Below, one piece after another: positions 53,745 to 64,000 of a stretch of 64,000 nucleotides of DNA. The notes beneath the pieces were generated by a model, which did no database searches, was not told the origin of the DNA, and worked only from the letters and a program-made list of their open reading frames with translations. Both the position numbers and the translations under genes were made by a program. This DNA is from Heptranchias perlo. Lineage: Eukaryota. Within the stretch, counting starts at the first letter, position 1. The number at the start of each line of letters is the position of its first letter. The stretch lies in contig NW_027139666.1 in assembly GCF_035084215.1 (NCBI RefSeq), positions 2,170,001-2,234,000 of the forward strand, read 5' to 3'.

Positions 53745-54090
53745 CACTGTGTGAGCCGGAATATGACCGTTCGCAACCTTTGTGTCCTATCTGACCCTGA
53801 GATGAGCATCCGACCACATATCCGCTCCATCACCAAGACCTAATTCCACCTTTGAAACATCGCGCGTCTCCGCCCCTGCCTCAGCTGATCTGGTGCTGAA
53901 ACACTCATCCATTCCCTTGTTACCTCCAGACTTTGCTATTCCAATGCTCTCCTGGTCAGCCTCCGATCTTCCACGCTCTGTAAACATGAACTCCTACAAA
54001 TCTCCGTTGCCCTATTCTAACTCCCTCCAACTCCCGTTCACCTGTCACCCTTGTGTTCGGTGACTTACATTGGCTCCCATTCCTTCAACC
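53745..54090 (+). mobile_element. L2-clade LINE fragment
   Basis: TVRNLCVLSDPEMSIRPHIRSITKT..AETLIHSLVTSRL. Confidence 0.75.
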
Positions 54091-54189
54091 GCTATAGTGA
54101 TGTAATATATCAACGTAGACCGGGGTCAACTGTGATCAATAGGTCAGTCTCTTCAGACAGTAACCAGCCCTTTCACAGATACAGTGGGT

Positions 54190-54205
54190 GGCTCTGAAAA
54201 GAGCC
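54190..54205 (-). terminator. Histone stem-loop (H2A)
   Basis: ggctcttttcagagcc on the minus strand. Confidence 0.95.
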
Positions 54206-54236
54206 TTTGGGTTGATCAGATTAAATCTTGGCCGAT

Positions 54237-54686
<450 letters not shown>

Positions 54687-55603
54687 TTATACCTTCTGGA
54701 GGTATAAAGTGGGGGCACTTGTAATTGGTCAATCTGTTTTCACTCTCATTGGTTTAGCGAACAGCCCAATCAGAGAGCTGTTTTATTCGCCAATCAATAG
54801 CCGGCAATGAGAAAAGGGCGGAAAATACCGAACTGAACCGTTTTTTTGAAATTTGAAAAGCCCGCCAAAATATTTGTAACACAAGAAGCGGATTTAGTAA
54901 ATAATGTCGCCTTAAGACAAAGTTTAAAAAATCTCTCTCCTTTTACTCTGTTATTGCACATTTCCCGTCACAACTTCCAGAATCTTTTACAATCCGTTTA
55001 AAATCCGGCTCCCTTCACCGTTCGCTTTCAATCTGGCGGGAGTAAAGTAACATTTTGTAACGGGACAGATTCCAGCTCAATCTTTGTAAAAGTAACAAAC
55101 CACAGATTGTGGATTGATCCCTGTTCACAGGAGCTGCAGCGCGATCGAAACCGGAGCCGAGACTCCTGGTGTAAGAAGTCGAACAGTGACAGAGCCTTTC
55201 GACTTTTCTGTACTCGGTGTGACGTCCCTTTCAGGGTTGCTGCATTTCAAAGGATTGCGGTTCTCAAAGTGATATTCCCGAATAACGAACAAACAAACGT
55301 GAAGAGGAGAAAGAAATGAAGTCTAATCCATCGCCTTAAGACGGCTATGAAGGGGCAGACGCGGGGGAAGGGGCGGAATATGAACGGGAATGAGAGGATC
55401 AGGGACACGTTTTTGGTTATTGGAACTAAACAGAAAGCGACACATAGATTATTATACCTGGCAGTGATTATGAGAATCTTCCAGATTTCAAGAGAAATTA
55501 GAAAAGCACAAGAGTTATAGAGAGACAGTTACTATCAAACTATCTACAGTAAAATTATTCCATACAGAGGGGTCGGCACAGCGTCTTCAGAGAGACTGTG
55601 GGT

Positions 55604-55619
55604 GGCTCTTAAAAGAGCC
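55604..55619 (-). terminator. Histone stem-loop (H2B)
   Basis: ggctcttttaagagcc on the minus strand. Confidence 0.95.
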
Positions 55620-55654
55620 TTTGTGTTTATTTTTTTTCAGTTGATTGTGGAGTT

Positions 55655-56029
55655 TTACTTGGAGCTGGTGTACTTGGTCACCGCCTTTGTCCCTTCCGAC
55701 ACGGCGTGTTTGGCCAGTTCTCCGGGCAGCAACAGGCGCACAGCGGTCTGGATCTCCCGGGAGCTGATGGTGTGGCGTTTATTATAATGGGCCAGGCGGG
55801 AAGCCTCACCCGCGATGCGCTCGAAAATATCGTTCACAAAGGAGTTCATGATGCTCATGGCCTTTGAGGAGATGCCGGTGTCGGGGTGAACCTGCTTCAT
55901 CACTTTGTAGACGTAGATGGAGTAACTCTCCTTCCTCGACTTTCTCCGCTTCTTGCCGCCCTTGGCTGGTGCTTTACTCAAGGTTTTCTTGGCGCCCTTC
56001 TTGGGAGCTGCTTTCTTGTCCTCAGGCAT
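55655..56029 (-). CDS. H2B: Histone H2B (124 aa)
   Basis: [28 protein letters not shown]. Confidence 0.98.
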   Translation of the reverse strand: MPEDKKAAPKKGAKKTLSKAPAKGGKKRRKSRKESYSIYVYKVMKQVHPDTGISSKAMSIMNSFVNDIFERIAGEASRLAHYNKRHTISSREIQTAVRLLLPGELAKHAVSEGTKAVTKYTSSK

Positions 56030-56479
56030 CTCAAAACTCAATTTCAGACCCAGAAATGACACAAATCCACTCCGAGCTCGGATTAAATAGGCAGCCCCAC
56101 AACCCTATGCTAATAAGGGATGGTGGAAGGCAATGATTGTGATTGGGACATTGGGAGTGATAAACGTCACCTTTTCCTTTCACTCTCTGATAGGTTTCTT
56201 CAGATATCCAATCAGATTCAGTATCTGCCACCAATCACAAACACGCTCACACTGCACATTGTCCGGTTTCAGCAATTTGTTCCGAACTGTTGCAGTTCTG
56301 CTTCCGGCCAGTAGATGTCCCCAAACCCCTGACATTGAAGTTTGCAGATGAGAGAGGGACAGAAGATAAACTCATTCTTCACATTATATTGCACGAGTGG
56401 GATTCAGAGAAACTGGGAATGGAGAACATTTTGTTGGAGCAAACATTTGTTGTAATGTCGTGTGAAATGCTTGTAATTA

Positions 56480-57480
56480 TTTAGTGGGTATAGCCTATTC
56501 TGAGGAAGAATGTAACAAAATTCAAGAAGACTTTAATAAACTTGCTGAAAGGCGGTGTAAATGGCCATTGAATTTCCATATAGAAAGTTGTGACGTGGTG
56601 CATTTTGCTCGGGGGAATAAGGAGGCCACACACTGCTTGGAAAACAAGAGTCTAAATGGGGTCGAAGAGCAAAGGGATTTAGGGGTACAGATTGACAAAT
56701 CATTAAAGTAGCAACTCAGGTTGATAATGTCATAGAAAACAAACACAGAGGTTTATTTCTAAAGGAACAAAATTGAAAAGGAGATAAGTTCTGTTGAACT
56801 GTAATTTAAACTGTCAAACCTTCTGTCAAACTATTAAACCTTCCCTTTCTGAAATCCGTGCTGACTATTCCTTATTATATTTTCGGTTTCTAGATGTTTA
56901 TCTACTGCATCATTGAGTAAAGGATTCCATGATCATCCCCACCACCGACCTTTCGTTAACTGGTCTATAGTTCCCTGCACTTGTTCTATCTCCTGTTTTA
57001 AAATATAACAATCCCATTCGCTGTCATCCAATCCTTTGGCACTATTCCACTTTGTGATGATTTTGTCTATATATGTAACAGTGCCTCTGCTATCTCTTCC
57101 CTTGCTTCATTTAATATGCACGGATACAATCCATCAGGACCAGTTTAACCACCCTTTCTAACTTAAATGTCTTGATATCTTTATTGACCTCTTCCTTTAA
57201 TATCATGTTCACCCTGTTAATCTCCCGGGTAAATACTGAGCAAAGTAATAATTCAATATTTCTGCTATTTCGCTGAACTTACCTGTGAGTTTATCTTGTG
57301 CATCCCTCAGTGGCACTCAAACTATTCTGATTTTCATTTTGTTATTTTTGTATCTGTAGAATAATTTATTATTTCTTTTCATATACCTTGATAATTTGAT
57401 TTCGTGGTTCCTGTTTTCTTCTGTAATTGTTTTTGTGACTTCTTCCTAACCTCTTCCTATTTGCTTTTGTCATCCTCTTA
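56480..57480. mobile_element. CR1 fragments (+ then -)
   Basis: EECNKIQEDFNKLAE..EEQRDLGVQI, then an antisense CR1 ORF2 relic. Confidence 0.7.
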
Positions 57481-57649
57481 TTTAATATCTATGAATGAGA
57501 AATTCCACCAGCTTGTTGTGTCTGTTCAGGGGCTGATGTTTGGGAACTATTTATTGTCTGTGATTCAAGTACCAAAAACCCAAAGGGCGCAATTCAGTGT
57601 GAAACTCCATAGAAACACTCTACTTCTCTCTCCTCGTGAAATAAGGCGC

Positions 57650-57712
57650 TTTCATGGTGAGTATAGCTGCCTTCCAAACAGTTAATTCCAACAGGTTTGA
57701 ATCCCAGCACGC
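57650..57712 (+). pseudogene. tRNA-Gly(TCC) relic
   Basis: tggtgagtatagctgccttccaaacagtt; flanks are inverted homologs of 34565-34830. Confidence 0.6.
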
Positions 57713-58004
57713 TGAATTCAGAAACACCAAGACTGGAATCAAATTTGATGATGTTCAGAGGGATCGTGTTTCCAAAACACAAACGGGTCTAATTTATATT
57801 TAAAAAATATTTTAAATATTCATTTATTTCCCCCATAACGTTGAATTTAACTTTGTTCCTTTGTATTATTATTTCTCCTGATCTGTACAGTGGATACAGG
57901 ACACAATTGCCCGGATTCAGTGAAATTAATTGATTTCCTGAAGTTTTTCCCTCTGCAGATTCCAGTTCCTTATTTAAATTATGTCGGATTAACCTTTCTG
58001 ATCT

Positions 58005-58100
58005 ATAGAAGGGTCATTGACCTGAACCGTTAACCCGAGCTTCCCTGCTCCACAGATGCTGCCGGACCTGCTGAGTCTTTCCAGCATTTTCGGTTTTAAT
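58005..58100 (+). mobile_element. Penelope-type terminal fragment
   Basis: gacctgaaccgttaac..tccacagatgctgccggacctgctgagtctttccagcatttt, an inverted match to 1660-1745. Confidence 0.6.
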
Positions 58101-58467
58101 TTTTTCTATGTTTTATCCCTTTCACTTTTGACGGTCATTGGAACTTCCAGATTTGCGCTCAGTTTTTATTTGTGTTTCAGTTCGGTTTATTTGAATTAAT
58201 ATACATCGTGTCCTGAGAAATCAGACAAAAATATTGCGCAATGTAGAGTGAAATATAATGGGGCAACTTTCGAATGAGCAAAACAAGAACTTTATTATGA
58301 ATCAATTGTCTTCATTTTCACTGACAAAATATGAAAAAATACGAGAGCAGAAGTTACAGAGAGAAACTCTTTCCTCCCATTGCATTGTCCTGAATCTGTA
58401 TCAACGACAGATGATGTGAATTTGTTCCACTCTGTTACAGTTCTCCCTTACAGCCAGTAGATGTCAG

Positions 58468-61220
58468 ACTGTATGTGAGTGTGAGATTCATTCTGTGTCT
58501 GTCAGTCTCCGGTACTGTGTGTGTGTATGTGTGTTTGTGGGATTTATTCTTTATCTGTCAGTCTCTGGTGCTTTATGTGAATGTAGGATTCATTCTATTC
58601 TTGTCAGTCTCTGATACTGCGTGTGAGTGTGGGATTCATTGTGTAACTCCGTCTCTGGGACAAAGTGAAAGTCTGGATTCGTTCTGTATTCTTATTTCAT
58701 GTTACAGTATATTGCTTGAAACTGTATGTTTAATTCGTTAATGGATGCACAATCTTTTGTCCAGCATTAATTTATAATTATGGATACACTTTTGGATTTT
58801 GTTTTAATCAAACAATGTGTGTGAGTTTTGGTGTAGGATTACACTTTAATCTCTGAAGACTTTTGTAAATGATAATTTACATTTCATCTTTTACTGTGAA
58901 ATTATTGGACTGGTATTTCTTGTGCAGCTCAGTCTGCGCAAATGGAATTGATACTCTATCTTTCAGTCTGATTCTGTGTAATATATTTAGATTAGTCTGT
59001 AAGGTGTAGCTCAGTCAGCTATAATGGAATTGATACAGTAACAGACTTAAAGATGAAGTATGAGGTTTTTGAACTGGTATGGAATGTGTAGCTCAGTCTG
59101 TACAAATCAAATTGATACTGGGGCTCAATCAGCTATAATAAGAATGATACTGTATCTTTCAGTACGATACCGTGTGAGGTTTTTGGACCGGTATGTAATG
59201 TGTCGCTTAGTCTGCACTAATGGAATTGATGCTGTACCTTTTAGTCTGCTACTGTGTAATATATTTAGACTGGTGTGTAAGGTGTAGCTCAGTCTGCACA
59301 AATGGGATTGATACTGTATCTTTCAGCATGGCCAAGAATGTGATTTTTGGACTGGTAGGTAATGTGTAGCTCAGTCTGACACTGTATGAGATTTATGGGT
59401 TGTTTGTAATTTGTCGCTCATTCAGCATTGATGGAATTGATACGTTTTCTGTCAATCTGACACTGTGATTTTTTTTTGTTCTAGTATGCAATGTGTGGTT
59501 CAGTCAACACTAATGAAATTGATGCTGTACATTTCAGCATGAGCTTGAAGTGATTTTTGGACTGATATGTAATGTGTAGTTCAGTCTGTACGAATGGAAT
59601 TGACACTCTAGCTTTCAGTCAGACACTGAGAGAGATTTTTGGACTGGTTTGTAATGTGTGGCTTAGTCCACACTAATAGGATTCATACTGTATATTTCAG
59701 TACGACACTGCATGCGAATTTTGGACTGTATATAATGTGTAGCTCAGTCTGCAATAATGGAATTGATACTGTATCTTTCAGTCTGATGCTGCGGAATATA
59801 TTTAGACTGGTGTGTAATGTGTAACTCATTCTGCACTAATGGGATTGATACTGCATCATTCGGCATGACCCTGAATCTGTATTTTGAATTGGTATATAAT
59901 GTGTAGCTCAGTCTGCTGTAATGGAATTCATACTGTGCCTTTCAGTTTGACCCTGAATGTGATTTTTGGACGGGTATATAATGTGTAGCTCAATCTGCAC
60001 TAATGGGATGATGCTGCATCTTTCAGTCTCATACTGTGAGAGATTTTTGTACTGGTATGTAATGTGTACGTCAGTCTGTACTAATCAAATCAATACTATA
60101 TCTTTCAGTTTTATACTGTATGAGAATTTTGGACTGGTATCTAACGTGTACCTCAATCTGCAGTAAAGGAATTAAAACTGTACATTTCATTCTGACACCA
60201 TGAGGTTTTTGAACATATATGTGAGTCAAATATGGGTAACATCTGAATTGGTATCTAATTTATATCTCAGGGTGCACTATTGGCATGAATACTGCACCTT
60301 TAAACTCAAAATGTGTGTGAATTGAGGGCTGGTATTTAATTTTAATCTTGGAGTACACTATTGTTATTCACTCTGTATCTATCAATCAGTACCATGTGTC
60401 AGTTCTATCTGGTATTTAATTTGTAGCTAAGGCTGAAATAATGTGAGAATTGAAACAGTGCCTTTCAATCTGAAACTGGGTGTGATTTTGGACTGGGAAT
60501 TATTTATTTGCCAGTCAGCGGTACTGAGTCATTGTGAAATAGAAATTCCGTCTGTCTCTCCTGCTCTGTTTGACTGTTGGATTGGGATCAGTGTGGTATT
60601 GACCATTTCTGCTATCTGAGAATGTGGAACTGATGACCTGTCTGTGTCTCTATGCTCTGAGTGTTAATGTACATACTGTGTGTGAGAAGGAGCTGGCTGC
60701 ACTGACTGCTCCTTGTGCCTCGGGTGGAGTAAACATCACACTGATTCTGGGTCCTTCAACGAATTGACTGATGGAAAAAAAACTGTCTCTTGTAACTCAA
60801 GAACAGGTGAGGTAGAAAAAAGCAAAAGTGATCAATTGAATGTCTCTGTTAATAATCATTGTAATATCCACAAAGGAAAAACAGCGATACAAACAGTGTC
60901 AGTGTCTGATTCCACTGCAGTACTGCAGCACTCAGCTTCTGCACACCAGGTGTGTTGGGCAATTTTACAATTTAGTGACATCCAGACACAACCCAACCCC
61001 TGCACTGATCCATGAATGGGTCTACCCGATTGGGCAGGGACCTTTGTACATATCAGATTTCTACTCCCCTTTCTCATGGGACTAACCGTTGAACCGAAAC
61101 AAAACAGCCGCTGTTTAAAATGTGACCTTCACACTTCTCACCTGATGCCTGCAATAGATGCTCTTTGTATAACTCCCCATATCCTTACTGTCCGGCTCTG
61201 TTTACTGTTCAATAACAAAC
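58468..61220 (-). repeat. Satellite block dominated by the 82-mer, plus module copy D (60480-61220)
   Basis: Period 82 at 58927/59009/59091; 60480-61220 homologous to 30750-31505. Confidence 0.9.
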
Positions 61221-61244
61221 ACTAAAGGTTAATGGGCAGGTTTA

Positions 61245-61975
61245 AAAAATCAGATTTAGTACCTGCCACCAATCACAAACTCGCTCACACTGCACATTGT
61301 CCGGTTTCAGCAATTTGTTCCGAACTGTTGCAGTTCTGCTTTCGGCCAGTAGATGTCCCCAAACCCCGGGACATTGAAGTTTGCAGATGAGAGAGGGACA
61401 GAAGATAAACTCATTCTTCACATTATATTGCACGAGTGGGATTTAGAAAAAATGGAGACGAGCTGCAAGTACATTTTTTTTGGACCAAAAACTACTTGTA
61501 ATGCTGTGTTAAATTCTTGTAATCGATTTAGGGCGTATAGTCAATATTGAGGAAGACTGGGACAAAATAAACTTGCAGAACGGCCGCGCAAATGGCCATT
61601 GAATTTCAATATAGAAAAGTGTGAGGTGGTGCATTTCGCTGGGGGAATAAGGAGGCCACATACTGCATGGAAAATAAGAGTCTAAATGGGGTCGAGGTGC
61701 AATGTAAATCATCCTGAGAAATCAGCGAGAAATACTTCGCAATTTAAAGTGAAATACAATGGGGTAAATTCACAACTATCGAATGAGTGAAACAAAAACT
61801 TTATTATGAATTAATTGTCTTCATTTTTCACCGTCAAAAAGTGCAAAAATACGAGAGTAAAAGTTGCAGACCGAAACTTCCATCACACAGCACATTATCC
61901 TGTTTCTGTTCCCACGACAGATAATGTGAATTTGTTCCCTCATTACAGTTCTCGCTTACGGCCAGTAGATGTCAG
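61245..61975 (-). repeat. Copy of the H2B upstream flank lacking proximal promoter and gene
   Basis: Matches 56210-56690 and the reverse of 45337-46070; fused to module D at ~61225. Confidence 0.85.
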
Positions 61976-64000
61976 CCTCTAGCAATGTACATGAGAGTGG
62001 GGTTGATTCTGTCATTGTCAGGCTCTGGTCCTGTGCGTGAGTTTGGGATTCATTCAGTATCTGTCAATCTCTGGTACTGAGTGTGAGCATGGGGTATGTT
62101 CTGCATCTTTCAGTCTCAGGTACTATATATAAGTGATGGATTCATTCTGTATCTGTCAGTCTCTGGTACTTTATGTGAGTGTGGGATTAATTCTGTATCT
62201 GTCATTTTCTGGTGCTGTATGTGAGTGTTGGATTCATTCTGTATTTGCCTTTCTCATACTTTATCTCAGTGAGGGATTCATTCTGTCATTCAGTCTCTGA
62301 GACAATGTGCAAGTCTGGATTCATTCTGTATTCTTATTTCAGTTTACAGTATCGTATTTGAAACTGTATCTTTAATGCTTTAAATTATATATAGTTCTTC
62401 GTCGATTATTTACGTTGTTAATATGGATACATTTTTCGATTTTCTTTATTCAAACAATGTGTGAGAGTTTTGGAGTAGTATTATATCTTAATCTCTGAAC
62501 TGTATTGTGAATGATAATGTACCTTTCAATCTGTTCCCGGTGAAATTATTGGACTGGTATGTAATGAGTAGCTCAGTCTGCAATAATGGGATTAATTCTG
62601 TATCTGAGTCTAACACGACATGTGATTTTTGGACACGATATGTAATATGTAGCTCATCCTGCACTAAACGAATTGATACTGTTTCTATCAGTCTTATACT
62701 GTGTGAAGTTTTTGGACTGGTGAGTAACATGTAGTTCAGTCTGTGCTAATGGAATTGATATTGTATCTTTGAGTCTGATAAGGTATGAGATTCTTGGATT
62801 GCGATATGATGTGTGGCTCAGTCTGCACTAATGAAATCGATACTGTACCTTTCAGTCTAACATTGTATGAGATTGTTGGACTGTTATATAATGTTTAGTT
62901 CAGGCGGTGCTAAAAGAATTTAAACTATATCTTTCAGTCTGATCATTGATGTGATTTTTGGACTCGTATGTAATGTGTCGCTCAGTCTGCACCAATGGTA
63001 TTGATAATATTTATATCTGTATAATACTGAGTATTTACCAATATATCTAATATGTAGCTCAGTCTGCACTAATGGAATTTATACTCTATCTTTCAATCTG
63101 ATACTATGAGATCTTTGGACTGGTCAGTAAAGTGTAACTCAGTCAGCAGTAATGTGACTGTGACATTCATTCTGTATCCGTCAGTCTCTGGTACTTTTTG
63201 AGTGAGAGATTCATTCTGTATCTGTCAGTCCCTGGTACTGTGCGTGAGTGAGATTCATTCTGTTCCGGATACTGTATGTGATTGTCGGATTCATTCCAAA
63301 TCTGTCAGTCTCTGGTACTGAGTGTGAGCATGGGGTATATTCTGCAACTCTCAGTCTCAGGGGTATTATATATAAGTGATGGATTCATTCTGTATCTGTC
63401 AGTCTCTGGTGCTATCTGTGTGTGTGGGATTCATTCTGTATCTGCCATTCTCTGCTACTTTATCTCAGTGTGTGATTCATTCTGTAATTCAGTCTCTGAG
63501 ACAATGTGCATGTCTGGATTCATTCGGTGTTCTTATTTCAGTTTACAGTATCGTTTTTGAAACTGTAGATTTAATAGTTTAAATTATATACAGTTCTTCA
63601 TCGAGTATTTAATTTGTTAATATGGATACACTTTTCAATTTTCTTTAATCAAACAATGTGTGTGAGTTTTGGAGTAGTATTACATCTTAATCTATGAACT
63701 TTATTGTGAATGATAATGTACCTTTCTATCTGTTCCCGGTGAAATTATTGGACTGGTATGTAATGTTTAGTTTAGTCTGCAATAATGGGATTAATTCTGT
63801 ATCTCAGTCTAAACTGTATGAGATTTTTGGACTGGTGTGTAACATGTAGCTCAGTCTGAGCTAATAGAATTGATATTGTATCTTTGAGTCTGATAAGGTA
63901 TGAGATTCTTGGACTGCTATATAATATGTGGCTCAGTCTGCACTCATGAAATCGATACTACATCTTTTAGTCTAATATTTTATGGGATTTCCAGTCTGGT
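61976..64000 (-). repeat. Composite 46/82-bp satellite with ~1.2 kb higher-order repeat, running off the window end
   Basis: 62060-62890 is repeated at 63300-64000. Confidence 0.9.

Noticed and set aside
58900-60200. tagctcagtc in the 82-mer as a tRNA A box (tRNA array)
   Set aside because: No B box or cloverleaf in the unit

Overview
Vertebrate genomic DNA, most likely a cartilaginous fish (shark-type CR1, L2/HER1 and Penelope LINEs, and a Deu-domain SINE). It has no prokaryotic features, and most ORFs in the track are spurious or repeat-derived. Left part (1-23.3 kb): one minus-strand, multi-exon Ig-superfamily receptor gene with leukocyte-receptor-complex (LILR/KIR/CHIR/A1BG)-type architecture, reconstructed by hand. 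It has a split leader (31 + 33 bp), Ig exons D1, D2, D2' and D3, a 51-bp stalk, a TM exon and a first cytoplasmic exon. The 5' half is intact. The 3' half carries lesions (D3 has two frameshifts and a dead donor; the TM acceptor is AA instead of AG), and an internal ~3.1 kb duplication or fusion leaves a divergent half-D1 exon. Right part (24-64 kb): a rearranged replication-dependent histone cluster (H2A pseudogene, H2B>, H2A>, <H4, <H2A, <H2B). It is built from a repeated composite module: NRF1-type CpG promoter, putative non-coding exons, 82-bp/46-bp satellite, CTCF-like site, H2B promoter. The module occurs 4-5 times in both orientations, alongside tRNA-Gly relics, orphan histone promoters, a ~6.3 kb inversion that swaps promoters, and a nested CR1 insertion that separates an H2A from its stem-loop. 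All calls are from manual reading, and repeat boundaries are approximate.
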